A DNA stretch of 64,000 nucleotides from the human T2T-CHM13v2.0 reference genome, Homo sapiens. Positions within the stretch are counted from its first letter, which is position 1. Each line of letters starts with the position of its first letter. A program made the position numbers and the translations under genes. The notes under the pieces are model-generated. The model ran no database searches and had not been told where the DNA came from. It saw only the letters and a list, made by a program, of their open reading frames with translations. Positions 1 through 17,336 of this stretch are shown piece by piece. The stretch lies in assembly GCF_009914755.1 (NCBI RefSeq), contig NC_060936.1; one strand, given 5' to 3'.

Positions 1-180
1 TCACTCTGTCTTCCCCAATGGTTGAACTAATTTACATTCCCACCAACAGTGTAGAAGTATTTCTTTTCCTCCACAACCTTGCCAGCATCTCTTGTTTTTT
101 TGACTTTTTAATAATCGCCATTCTGACTGGCGTGAGATGGTATCACATTATGGTTTTGATTTTCATTTCCCTAATGATTA
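1..180 (-). mobile_element. L1 ORF2 3' region fragment, cut by window edge
   Basis: Antisense L1 text 'actaatttacattcccaccaacagtgta...gccattctgactggcgtgagatggtatc'. Confidence 0.9.
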
Positions 181-213
181 GAGGCACAATTATTTTTAAT
201 ATAAAAGCACTAG

Positions 214-542
<329 letters not shown>

Positions 543-809
543 CTAAATGATAAACTCAAAGTTAAAGATGGTAGTTACCTCTGGGGTGGGGCATACAGTG
601 GAGAGAAAAGAGTTTGGTTACTCAGGAAACGTCAAAGTTAACTATAACATTCTTGTTTTTCAAAGTAGGTAGGCACATAGATTTTTCATTTTATTTTTAT
701 TCTTTACCTTTATACTTACTGAATTATTATTGGACTGTTAAAAAGTCTATTTTCTAATAAAGCAATAGGTTGAGAACAGATGAGAAGTATGATCTGTGAA
801 TTTGTATTC

Positions 810-930
810 ATAGATCATGAATACAGCTGCTTATTCTTCAAACGCTTCAAGTGCCTACTATGAGCAAGGTGCCATGTTAGGTTTTGATAGTGCAAGACTA
901 AATGAGACACAGTCCCTCTTTTCAAAGAGT
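810..930 (-). mobile_element. L2 3' fragment
   Basis: 'gtgcctactatgagcaaggtgccatgttagg' resembles the antisense L2 tail. Confidence 0.55.
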
Positions 931-2489
931 TCTGAGTCTATTTATCTAAAAATTGGCACTGAGTAAGGAATATATACCCATACATGAACCAATCTGATAA
1001 AATTCAGAGCACAAAATTAATTCCGTACAGTAGGATTTCTCGAGTCCTCTATCACACATAATTGACCTGAGGAATTTTGCGCAGGCACAGAAAGGGTGAG
1101 AACAAAATCATAAGCTGACAGCTCTAAAAGTCTCTGAAGTGGGACATCCAATTTTCTAGGTACGTCGGGGGCTACAGGGGCACCCCTCTGTGCCATGCTC
1201 TCTCCTTTGACAAGTGATGAACACAATTCAGAATTCTAAGAGATAGCCCCATAGCTTAAAAATTGCACCAGGAAATGATGGCCAGCTCACTCAGAAAATT
1301 TGTTATTTTGAAATCATCTGTTAAAATATACACCCATTGCCCACAGCCTTGAGAAAGTGACACATAGTCATTTGAAAATATGAGGGTGTTTAGCATGTGC
1401 ATGCCAGCTCATCTCTATTAATGTGAAAAGTCATTTCCTTTTCTTTGAACTAATTTGATTTGGTTTGCTTAAGGGCCTCAATTCCTTTCTTTCACCTTCA
1501 TTTTAGAGCTGCTATGAAATTCAGCCCTTGGCCTACAGAGAGGCTCCAAATTGTCTTGCCTCCTTGCTCATGCATACCACATTTCATGTCTGTGACATAC
1601 AACTCATTTTCATTTGCAATTATTTTGTAGCTTTCAGACAAAGAGAAGTTGAATTGCATTACAAAGAGGTAAGAAAGACATCTAATGTGCTAAAGTATTT
1701 TAAAAGAAATTGAAGTGAATATGTGCTGTGGATTTATTGGCAAAATAATCATTATGTTCAAGTGAGAAGTGGCTAATAAAGATGTAGCCTATGAGAACTA
1801 GGAAGGTAAAGCAGAAAGAACATGGGATTTAGTACAACGAATACTTCTTTTAAATTCTAGTTCTGTCACTTGTTAGTCACATGACCATTCTTTGCCTTTG
1901 GCAGGTTCTTTGCCTTTAAAATAGGGGTAAAAAATCATACCCTTGAGAAATAAATGACAGAATGAAAGCCCATGAGCCACTACCAAATTGTAGATGCATA
2001 ACTCTTGATATTTTCATGATATGCTATGTTAAAACAATGTTAAAGTATAATTGATAAATGTAAAACTTAAGGAAAGCGTTATTATCTGCCAAAGTTCCTG
2101 TTGCTGAATTTCAAGATGCTCAAAATCAATTTTACAACTCAATAGACAGTATGTAAGCACTGAATTACATCAGTTGTAGAATACCACATGTCAGTGATTT
2201 TTCAATTTTAGTTTGTACATATATATAAATAACATGGAAGTTGTGAAAAATAATAAGGTAATGGGTTCTCCCTCTAGAGAAGCTGGTTTAATACTGCCTG
2301 GCATGGTCTAGTAATCTGTATCCTTAATGTACCTCCCAGGTAATTCTGATGGAGATGATCCTCAACCATATTTTGATCAATTCAGCCTTATGAAAAATGT
2401 ATTTATGTACTTAGAATGTATTTACAAGACTTAAAAAAAAAAAGATGGCTCAGATCAGCCATCACCTTTTATACTAAAAACTGTGATTT

Positions 2490-5400
2490 CCAGGATATCA
2501 GTGGGAATGGTAGAAAGAAGATCTCCAAAAATCTGTTCCTCTATAAAATCAATGAAAATATGGGTAAATTTCATGAAAATCAACTTCTTTCAGAACTCTG
2601 GAAATTAACAAAAGGCTTACAACTATCTGAGAAAGATTTATTCAATATAAATGGCTGAATCATAATAAGCACAGCAAGATTTTAGGAGATTTAACTTGCG
2701 CTTTTCCCATTCTACCTTCCACAGCTCTGAAATAGCCTTGGAAACAGATAGGCTCACCACATCGGTAGCCATGAAAAACAGCTAAAACTAGAACTAGGCA
2801 GAAGACCAACAAGAAAATGGATAGAAAACATTGACAACATTATAAGCCTACTAGATCTAACAGACATCTACAGAGCACTCCATCAAACAACAGCAGAATA
2901 CACATTCTTTTCAAGTGCACATGGAACACTCTCCAGGGCAGACAATGTGTTAGACCTAAAATGAGTCTCAATACATTTAAAAAGATTGAAATCATGCAAA
3001 ATATGTTCTCTAACCACAAGGGAATAAAACTAGAAATCAGTAACAGAAGGAAATTTGAGAAATACACAAATATGTGAAAATTAAACAATATATTCCGAAC
3101 TAATAAAACAGAAATCAGAAGGAAATTTTAAAATATTTTGAAACGAATGAAATGAGAGCACCACATGCCAAAACTTGTGGAATATAGCTAAAGCAGTGCT
3201 TAGAAGGAAATTTATACCTGTAAATGCCAATTTTTAAAAGGAAGATATCAAATTAATAACCTAAGCCTCCATCTTAAGACCTCCCACCTAGAAAAAAAAA
3301 AAAAAAGAGCAAATTAAGCCCCAATCCAGCAGAAGGAAAGAAATAGTAGAGATTGGAGTAGAAATAAATGCTACAGAGAATTAAAAAAAAAACAGAGAAT
3401 ATTGATGAAACCAAAAGTTAGTCTTTGAAAACAGCAAAACTGACAAATCTTTATTTAGCTAGACTGACCAAGAAAAAAGAAACACTCAAAGGTTTAGAGG
3501 GTTTCACTGGAAAATTCTACCAAGTATTTAAAGAAAATCTAACACCAATCCTTCATGAACTCTTCCAAGAAACAAAAGAGGAGGGAACACATTCCAATTC
3601 ACTCTATGAGGCCAGTATTACCCTGCTACCAGAACTAGAAAAAGATATCATAAGAAAACTACAGACCAATGAATGTACAATGAACAAAATCCTTAACAAA
3701 ATATTATTAGGTAGCAGCTGAATCCAGCAACATATGAAAGAATTATACACCATGACCAAGTAGGATTTATTCCAGGAATGTGGTTTGATTAACTATGGGG
3801 AGAAAAATAAATCATTGTAATATGCCATATTAATGCAATAATGGACAGAAACCACATAATCATATCCAGAGACACAAGGCATTTGATAAAATCTAACACC
3901 CTATCATGATGAAAATACTAAACACACTAGGAATAGGAGGGAATTTCCTCCACCTGATAAAGAGCATACATGAAAACTCACAGATGACATCATACTTAAT
4001 GGTGAAAGACTGAAAACTTTCCCTCTAAAATCAGAAACAAAGGGTAGATGTCTGCTCTCAAAGCTTCTTTCATCACTGTACTGTAGGTTCTAATCAGTAC
4101 AATCAGGCAAGAAAATAAAAGGCATCCAGATTTAAAGAAAGAAATATCTCTATTCGCAGGTAACATAATCTTATATATACAGTGTACTTAGAAATCCATG
4201 AAAAAACCTATTCAAACTAATAGAAGTTCACTAAGATTGCAGGCTATAAAATCAATACACAAAAGCAATTGTATTTCTATATACTAGCAATGAACAATCG
4301 AAAAATAAACTAAGGGAAAAATAAATTTATAATAGCATCCAAAAGAATAAAATACCTAAAAATAAATTTTATCCATGTTGTGTAAGACTCATATACTGAA
4401 AACTACAAAACAACATTGAAAGAAACTAATGAAGACCTAAAAAAAAAATAGAAAGACATCCATCTTCATGAACTGGAAGACTTCATATTGTTCAGATGGT
4501 AATACTATTAATCTATAGATTTAACACAATACCTATGAAAATTCCAGCTGCCATTTTTACAGATATTAACAAACCAATTCTAAAATTTATATGAAAACAC
4601 AAGCAACCTAGCATAGTCTAAAGAAATCTTGCAAAAGAAGAGTACAGTTAGAAGACTCACACTTTTGGATTTTAAGTTACATAGCTGTAACTTAGCTGTA
4701 ATCATCAAACTTTTGCTACTGTCATAAAGATAGATATATAGATCAACAGAAAAGAATTGAAAAATCTATAAATAAACCTGTACACTTATGATGAATTGAT
4801 TTTCAACAGGGGGTTCCAGGATCATTCAATGGGGGAACTAATAGCCTTTTCAACTGCTGTTGGAACAGCTGGCAATCCACATGCAAAAGAATGAATTTGG
4901 ACCCCCAACCTCAAATCATATCCAAAATTAACCCAAAATGGATCAAAGACCTAAATGTAGAAGCTAAAACTACAAAACTCTTGGAAGAAAACATACGTGT
5001 AAATCTTCATGGCCTTTTGAGTTCAGCAATGGTTTATTAGATGTAACACCAAAAACATGAGCAACAAGTTAAAAAATAGATAAATTAGACTACATTAAAA
5101 TTTAAAACTTTCATACTTCAAAGGACACCATCAAGAAAATGAAAACCCACAGAATTGGAGAAAATATTTACAAATCATATATCTGATAAGGACCCATATT
5201 CAAAATATGTGACGAACCCTTACAACTCAAGCATAAAAGACAAATAATGAACAACCTAAAAATAAAATTAAGGGAAATTAATCAATTTATAATAGCATCC
5301 AAATGAATAAAATACCTAAAAATTTTGAAAAAGAAGAGTGAAATTAGAAGACTCACCCTGCTGAATTTTAAAAGTTTCTACCTAGCTATAATCATCAAAA

Positions 5401-5830
5401 TTTTGTTACTGTCATAAACATAGACATAGGTGAAAAGGATATAATGTTTAAACAAGCAAAGGATATAAAAGGGCATTTCTCCAAAGAGGATATACAAGCG
5501 TCCAATAGGCACATGAAAAGATGCTCAACGTTTATCATTAGAGAAATAAAAATCAAAACCATGAGATACTACTTCACACACACTAGAATGGTTAAAGTAA
5601 AAAAGCCAGACAATAAGAATTGTTTTCAAGGATATGGAGAAATTTGAACTCTCATACATTACTGGTGGGAATGTAAAATATTTCAGCTGCTTTAGGAAAT
5701 GGTTTGACAATTCCTCAAAAAGTTTACCAGAGTTACCATGCGTGTAGCAATTCTATTCCTAGGTATATGCCCAAGAGATTTCAAAATATGTTCATAGTAG
5801 CATTACTCATAGTAACCAAAAAGTAGAAAC
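2490..5830 (+). mobile_element. Old L1M element: degenerate ORF2 (endonuclease, RT, C-terminus) with a putative 5' region piece
   Basis: 'acagcagaatacacattcttttcaagtgcacatggaaca' (EN region); ORF fragments 3425-3721 (NLTPILHELFQ...NSLYEASITLLP) and 5444-5647 (HFSKEDIQ...HMKRCS); many stops and frameshifts. Confidence 0.9.
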
Positions 5831-5849
5831 TAGAAATCCAGTTTACCAG

Positions 5850-6370
5850 CATATCACTGCTTAAGAGTCTGGGCTGCCTTTGGAATTAAAGAGAGCTAGC
5901 CTTGGGAGGCCAAGGCAGGTGGATCACCTGAGGTCAGGAGTTCTAGAACAGCCTGGCCAACATGGTGAAACCCCGTCTCTACTAAAAATATGAAAATTAG
6001 CCAGGCGTGGGGGTGCACACCTATAATCCCAGCTACTCAGGAGGCTGAGGCAGGAGAATCGCTTGAACCCGCGAGGCAGAGACTGCTGTGAGCCGAGACT
6101 GTGCCACTGCACTTCAACCTCGGCAACAGAGAGAGACTCATCTCAAAAAAAAAAGAAAAAAAAAGAGAGAGAGAGAGAGAGAAAGAGCTGGATTTCAATC
6201 CCATTTCTATTTTTGATGACCTTGAGCAAGTTATTTAACATCTTTAAGCCTGTTTCCTCATCTCTAAAATATGACCCATAACATTACCTACCCTGGAGGA
6301 TTGTTGTGATGGTTAAATGAGATAATATATGTCATATTCCTAGCATAGTGCCAGGCACATAGTAAGTAAA
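5850..6370 (+). mobile_element. MIR interrupted by an Alu
   Basis: MIR head before 5900; core 'gaccttgagcaagttatttaacatctttaagcctgtttcctcatct' after 6185. Confidence 0.75.
5901..6165 (+). mobile_element. AluS, slightly 5'-truncated, with (GA)n after the A tail
   Basis: Starts 'ttgggaggccaaggcaggtggatcacctgaggtcagg'; right arm and A tail present. Confidence 0.92.
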
Positions 6371-6981
6371 TAAGCAAGATCTTGGGAATTTACTGTCTAG
6401 TTAGTAGTTTTCCAAAGCTAATGTGAAGAATTTTACAAATAAGCTTGTATATTGTCATATGTCATTTTTGAGTTAAAACACAAGATATTTTTTATATGAC
6501 TCTTCTATGCTCATGAAGACCTTTATTGCAAAGGAGTGAAGGAAGAAATCATTTTCCCCACAGTAATCTCTACCACTGTGTTAGGGGAGAGGTCAACATG
6601 TTCAACTATTATACAGGAGTGTTTCCAGTAGAAGAACAGGCAAACCAAAGAGAATATTATTGCTAGTAGCATTTTAAATAAGCAGCAAGCCCAAGAGATA
6701 AGCAGGACTTAATAATTATTTATCCAAATTTTACCAGAGAACACTACTGTCAAGAGGTTAAATCACTTTGGCTAAGTAGAATCCACATCTCATTCTTAAT
6801 CCAGTAACTCTTTTCTCACACATTCTGCCTCTCCTTAATCATTTATGTTGTGACAGAAAGGACAGACCTGATTTTCCTTTTATCTCAATGACTTAACATT
6901 AGGGCACTCTTTGAAATAGCAACATTTTCTTTGTCATAGTCCCAGTAACCACTGAGGAAAATACTCTTCAAGAATCCAAGA

Positions 6982-7120
6982 GGAGAGGCAAGAGGATCTC
7001 TTGAGCCCAGAAGTTTGAGGCTGCAGTTACATATGACTGCGCCATTGCACTCCAGTCTGAGCAACAGAGTGAGACCCCATCTCTAAAAACTAAGAATATA
7101 GATAAATAATAATTTTAAAA
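6982..7120 (+). mobile_element. 5'-truncated AluJ/FRAM-like right monomer
   Basis: 'ggatctcttgagcccagaagtttgaggctgcag'; TSD aagaatccaaga at 6970-6981 and 7121-7132. Confidence 0.85.
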
Positions 7121-7525
7121 AAGAATCCAAGATGAAACCTGGATTCATCCAAAAGCATCCAATATTGGTTTTTATTTTTCTAAGGGTAAGATTGGGCAAA
7201 CAATGCATTTTAAGTTATTTTTTCATCATCTAAGATAATTCTCATATCATTTTAGCTGAAATGTGAAATTTTTACTTGAAAATTGCAGTGCCCACTATAC
7301 CAATGGGGATAATCTATGATGAAAAGATCAGCTTCCCTTATGTATCAGGGTCTCCACTATAGATCTCATGAGACAATATCTAGATGTTAATGTCTAGGTA
7401 TCAAAGAAACAGAACATTATTTCATTTCAACTAGAAATGATGCTTAAATTATTCAATTTAATTAAATTGTCCAATTATTTGGACAACTACTCCATCAAAA
7501 ATCTGAAGATTAAAAGCAAGACCTA

Positions 7526-7801
<276 letters not shown>

Positions 7802-7969
7802 CTAGAGTTAAGATTTACAATGATTACCATTAAAATATTATTAACCTATTATCCTGACACACAGCAAGGATTTGCAGATACAGATGTTTATAATTTTCTC
7901 ATTTAATCCATTTGTAGGTATATTTCCAAATCTGTTTCCTGTTTATATTTCCCACAAATAATTGTTAAG

Positions 7970-8350
7970 AATCTACTATACTACTTTTCAGTAATAAAAA
8001 GTAACAAACTATTAATACACAAAACAACATGGATGAATTTCAAAAGCATTAGGCTATGTGAAAGAAGCCAGACACAAAAGACTACCCAGTATATCATTTC
8101 ATTTATATGATAGTCTAGAAAAGGCAATATTATAGGAAGGTAATACAGATTGGTATTTCCAGGGGGTAGAGGTGAAAGTGAAGTAGAAGACTGAGTGAAG
8201 ACGGACATGAAGGAATTTGGGGAGTGATGTAACGCTTCTTTATCTCGATTATGGTAAAGATTATGTGACTCCATACATTTGTCAAACACATGAAAGCATA
8301 TGCTTCAAAGTGTAAATTGTATTATGTATAAATAATTTTTCAATTTAATG
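7970..8350 (+). mobile_element. Old L1MC/ME 3' fragment
   Basis: 'aacaacatggatgaatttcaaaagcattaggctatgtgaaagaagccagacacaaaaga'. Confidence 0.75.
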
Positions 8351-8507
8351 AAGAAGTCATAAAAGCTCCAGCTGTAGCATCCACGTGGCACACACATCAA
8401 ATCATATAGAACCTACAGTATGTCAGAGGTGTGCATAGCTCTGGCAATAGCCAGAGATAGAGATGATACCTGATTTCAGGAGCTTGCATATACAGTGGGA
8501 GACAGGC

Positions 8508-8795
<288 letters not shown>

Positions 8796-9864
8796 GAGAC
8801 AGACTTCTTAAAAAATTATCACAGGAAAAATATATACTCACAAATTTGGGTAAACACAATGAAGGGAGTGAGGGGAACAGAAAACAGAGAGAGCTAGTTT
8901 AGACCTTGTGAATTATTAGGGTTTTGATTTGCGATTTTCTTTTTTTAATGCCAAGACTTGTCTCTGGGAGTTTCTAGGATCACAAGCTCATGTAGAGCCC
9001 AGAGGAAACATGGGTCTTTCATTTAGTCACTTGGGTCCTAGAAACTGGGAGAAGCTAGAGTGAGAGGCTGCAAAATAATGAGAGTCTGTTAAACCATTAA
9101 AATTTCAGGGCATTTCCATTCCCTCTGGAGCTCCTGGACAAGGGAACAAAACTGTGTGAGATTGTTACTCATGGAAAATGCAGGTTTCATTAAGATCATT
9201 TGTATGTTATTAATAAAAATGTGTAATATGTATGAGCCTGATGCTTGTCTGCTCCTTGCCTCTTATTCTATCTAATTAGCTGTGCGTAGGAGGTGCTGAA
9301 TTGCAAGAGCCCGTTTATTTTATAGTGATATTCCCAGTACAGCTTGAGATGTATTTGGAACATAACAGAGAAAATTAAACTGTTCCTGTGGCCCTAATAT
9401 AAAGAAAACTCTGTGGGCTCACACCTTCACTGAAACTGTTTCCACATTTGAATTACATTCTCTCTCTGGTGATTAAGTTGAGAAAGAAACTGCCCTATTA
9501 GTAAAATACTTTCAGCATTACCAAAAAAGAAAATTCAATCCATGATTGGGTAATACAGAAATTAACAAGCACCCTGTTTTCAAAAATCACTATGTACACA
9601 AACACATAGTATATATGTATGCACACACACACATTCTTCAGGAGAAGAAGAGAAAATCCAACTTTCAATATTTGTAAAAGTGATTAACAGTAAAATCTTC
9701 TTCACCCCCAAACACTTTAAACACAAACTCACTACAAAAGTAAACCACAGGAGTGTAATTATAATAATAGCTAATACTTATCTGGTACTGTGTGCCAGAC
9801 ATTCTTCTGCAAGCTTTACACATATTCATTCATTTAAACTCTCATTACCCCTATAAGGTAAATA

Positions 9865-11248
<1,384 letters not shown>

Positions 11249-11687
11249 AACTACCTTCATTTAACAGATGGAGAAACTGAGGCTCAAATAAGCAAAATAA
11301 CTTGCCCAGATCACACAGTTAAATGAGTAGAGATGGGGTTGAAACTCAAGCTGTTTGGCCCCAAATGCATCCATTCTGCACTCTGTTGGCTGATGTCAGT
11401 TTCATCCATTATGTATAGATATGTGTATGTTTTGACACCCAGAGAAGTAGTTTTACTTAATATTGAAATTATTATAGGTGTGTGCATTCTAAATTTCCAC
11501 CATAGATTAGTTTTGCTTATTTCTAATCAAAGATAACTTTCCTCTGTTTAAGAAAAGTACAACTAGATTAGGTAAACAACCAAAACCTTCAAAGATATCA
11601 AGTTGTTATTTTGAGCATATTGATGAATTCAAACTCTGGAAAGGCAAAGCTTCTTGGATTTTCACACGGTATTAAATATTTACAAGA

Positions 11688-12570
<883 letters not shown>

Positions 12571-13271
12571 TAGCCCATCTCCCTGTTCTCAATAAGACCC
12601 ATTCATTAGGTGTGACCCCTTTGCCTGTACACTCCCCTGCACTGGCTTTCAGGCCCTGATTACAGCTCTGACTAGCCTCCTAAGATCACCAGCATCCCCA
12701 CCATTACACACAAGGCCATGTAGTTTTCTTGGCTGAGGCAGCAACAATGTGACACTCCGTCTTCAGTTCAATCTCCAGCCTCTCAACATACTATTTCCTA
12801 TTGGGTTATACAATAGAAAATTACAGCATAAACTGTAAAGATTAAGCTTTCTCATGTCAAATGAGATCTAAATTATGCCTTTTAATGGGAATTTCATCTG
12901 AATTTCATGCCAAATCCATATGACAAGCAATGAGCACGGACCTTGGGAAAAATTCAATAGGAAGGTGAAATGAAGGACAATATCAAAGTAGAAATGACAA
13001 TGCAGTAAGTGTAAGGCCTTTGGCAATGTTTGGGGGATAAATAATAGATTTTAGTCGCCAAGAAATAGGTTATATTTGTTGGGTACTAAATAGGCATTGT
13101 TGTGAGATGTGGAGAACAGGAGGTGAGGGAATCATGACACAAAATAACTGTCTCTAAAGTGTTTGTGCTCTAATTGTGAGGAGAACGCATATGTATAAAT
13201 GACAGGTGAAAATGACATCCAAACTAAACACCTAAGTGCTAAGAATAACGTGCTGATTAGAAGGACATGAG

Positions 13272-13908
<637 letters not shown>

Positions 13909-14984
13909 AGAAGGACATGAGGATAAGCAGCCTCCCAGAGAAGGCTGGGTTTTGAAACACACTGTGAAGTTGGTAAGGAAAGCTAACTACCAACGAAGTA
14001 GTGGGAGTAGTGGTGGAAATTCTTTAGATTATCATGTAAGGAGATGTTCAGAAATTTGACACAATCAGAACTAAAATTTTGACAGCTGGCTATTAGGCAA
14101 GGGAAATTATTATTTCAAAGCTGCCAACAGTTTTCTGTTTATTTGTTTTTAATATAGCTGGAAGTGAAGGCATCATAAATGGTAGCAGGGGGAGCAGCTT
14201 CTTGATTGGGTAAAAAGAAAGTCCAAATTCAAATCTGGGATAGAAAATGTGAGACTATGAAGAATAAACTGCTCTGTATGATTTAATACAAGGTTATCAT
14301 CATTGTGGACTGAAGTGTCTGTCTTGAGGAAGAAAGGATTTTCTCAACTCTCTAGGGCCAGTGATGACCCAACAGCTAGGGCTACAGGTAATAGGGACAT
14401 GGTCAGAGGCCATGGTATGTTAAGCTGATTCCTGCACTATGGTGTAGGACTAGGTTTAGAGGAAGGTTGAAAGAGATGACTATGAGGGAACTCTTCTTGA
14501 GGGCTTTGCCAATGAACTCTAGTGACAGCTAATATCCAGGTTCCTTTTTCTGTTCTGCAAAATAATTCTCTTCTGTTATCCCCAAACCTTTGGTAATGTT
14601 TTGCTAACTACATAGTCTAGTCTTAGAAGTGCTTACAAAATTAACTGTGTCCACATTGAGACTTAAGCAATGTAAGCATATCCGTAGCAGCCTGGGGAAA
14701 CAGTTTGAAATTGCTGGAATCCACCCATATTGAAGCCTAGAGAGCATTAAGCCAGACAGGGAGAAGGCAAGTAAGAGCTCATTAAAGGCTAGGCTTCTTC
14801 CTGATTTGGGGGTAAGAAGAGAGCTTGTGTGCTATTAATAGGTATTAAATAAAAAGTAACCCCTGGAGAACTTGAGTCATCTCAGTGTTGATCACATATG
14901 AGACCATGAAAGCTTAGATTTCGGGCTTTATAAATTAAAAACCTAGACAAGCACCACTCACTGGAAATGTACAGGGATGAGCGC

Positions 14985-15110
14985 TGGGTACTTGTAATTA
15001 GCTGTACCTAGCTGTAAACCCTGAACAAGTCTGATAACTTCTCTGAGCCTCATTTTCATCATCTACAAAGTGAAGGAAATTAGATCATTCTAAAATATCT
15101 ATTAGATCAA
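14985..15110 (+). mobile_element. MIR fragment
   Basis: 'aacttctctgagcctcattttcatcatctacaaagtg'. Confidence 0.6.
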
Positions 15111-15399
15111 AAGTTTTGCAATCCTGTCTACCCCCACCCCCGATGTCCTATATAATAGGAAGCCTGAAGAAATATAAAAGGAAATGCAAAGTTAAAAGAA
15201 AAAGAAAGTCATTGTAGCAAATATCATGTATCCTGATGGTCAATAGCTATATAATATACTGCTGCTCCTTATGATATTATGGTTATTATAAGATATATTA
15301 TCTATCTACCTTTTTAGAAATTCTTATTTTTTTTAGTGACTAATCACTCTTACCCACAGTATTGTCTTCTTTATCTTATTAGTACTTATCTCTTACTTT

Positions 15400-15545
15400 A
15401 TTTCATTACTGTCTTCTGTGTTCCCAATGAAAATGTAAGTGCCCTGAGAGCCTGTCCATTTTCTTTACTGATGTATTCCCAGCACCTAACACAGTATCTG
15501 GCACATGGTGGATATGCAATAAATATTTTTGAGTAAATAAATGAT
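15400..15545 (+). mobile_element. L2 3' end
   Basis: 'ccagcacctaacacagtatctggcacatggtggatatgcaataaatatttttgagtaaat'. Confidence 0.75.
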
Positions 15546-17336
15546 ATTCTCTGTATCTTCACTCTTTTAGAAGATCTGACATGGAAGTAGTTGACTTCTA
15601 TTAAACTCAATAGATAATACTCAATAGATAACAACCCAAAACAAGGTTGCAGTAGATAATAACCCAAAAGTAGGATTGCCTACCAATTCTTTTGGTCATC
15701 TACCATATAAATACTAACTATATCCAACAGATTAGCTTCCAGTGAAACTGTTTGATCAGATGAAGTATGGTGCCCCAGGATCACAAAAACAGTTACTTTA
15801 TGAATTAAGATATCTTAAAATTGTGGGTGAGATTTTCTTTCTTATTTGTCTTTCATTTCCAATAATCTAAGATCTTGACAACATGAAAAACATCAAGAGA
15901 AAGTCATGCTGGTTCAGTAGGAATGAGGAACCAATGTTAAAACCTGTTAACGCCACCTGGTCTCAAGAAAGTATATCACCATCATCACCTCCATCAATAA
16001 TTAAAAGCAATGAAGCTGTCACACAATCAAAGCACAATAGCAAGAATTAATAAGACCAAAAAACAGCTTTCTGCCCAATCTTTAAAAAATGAATCCTGCA
16101 TCGAGAGAGCAAAACCCAATATCTTCCTGTCTAGGCCTATTCCTAAGGCCTACAAAATTTCAAACGTCCAGCTAACACTCTCAATCTAGAGGCTCCTAAC
16201 AGAACTAAAATTCTTTTGAGGTCTACAGAACAATTTAATCTTATCAATAGTACTGGTGAAGCTTACCCACGAAGGCACCATTTTTAGCAGGGGAAACTAA
16301 TCTCAGCTCTTTTCACATTTATTTTTTAAGGGAGAAATGGGCCAGAGTTAGTGTTGGAAGAAACCTAGAGGGAGAGAAGAAAGTTGAATGGTGTCAGTAA
16401 ATTTTCCAGCTAGACATAACAAAAACGGAAGTAAAATCTATGGGATGGAAACTCAATTATTTATAGAGTTAGCCTCAGAAAATTCCAGCATCAGCTCCAA
16501 AAGCTTTGTAGAATGCCACTGGGGTGACAGAATACTCTAAAACATTGACTGAGCAGGCACTGGGACAGCTTAACAGCTAGAGAGAGTTATGCTGTGAATA
16601 TACACATTTTCATGACTTGGGCCCAAGGGTTACATTGCTAGTTTCACCAAAGACCTTTTGTCTTTTTTTGTAGCTAAAATAGCGTTTAATATAAAACAGG
16701 TTTATTTTCCTAGCTTCAGAGTCCTTAAAGTGTAAATTGTTTAGATAAAATCAGTAAAATTCACTATTAAAAGAGGGGATCAATCTGTAACCACATATAA
16801 TTTGTATTCTTTTTAAAAACAGCTTCCCACTCTGCTCCATCTTGTGTGAACATCTTTCCATCAATTGCTTGTCCTTGCCTCTTCCTGCACACATATACCC
16901 ACAGTACTTTAGTAACAGCTAGTACATATTTAGGACTTGAACTTAAGGACAGGGCTAATATACTCTATGTATATTGGAACATAGAGAACACACCCCTTGT
17001 AATACACACCAAGCGCCAGTTTGCCATTCACAGCCTTAGTCCTGCTCTATTCTTAGCTATTGACATTGCTTTTCCTTTTCCATTTCCGTTTTATTCTTGA
17101 ACTCTATCATCTGGTGTAAATTTGTTTCCTCATAATTATTCTGGTTCTAATCTTAGTCTCATGTCACTTTGGATTTCACCTCTATTGCTTCAACTCTGTT
17201 GCCACAACATCTCCATAGTAACACTTGACCAACAAAAAAGCATCTCAATTTCTCATAAGTCCTATATTCTCCTTTCATCTAATAGACACTTTTAAAAACA
17301 TTTTTTAAACTTAAAATAGAGTAAAAAAAAAATTGG

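Noticed and set aside
1017-1226. 69-aa minus-strand ORF in unique DNA with a few CpGs
   Set aside because: No recognisable homology or convincing splice sites; the length is within chance expectation.
3425-3721. ORF2-like peptides (also 39967-40215, 41019-41318, 49590-49847)
   Set aside because: Fragments of dead L1 copies with stops and frameshifts; no intact ORF2.
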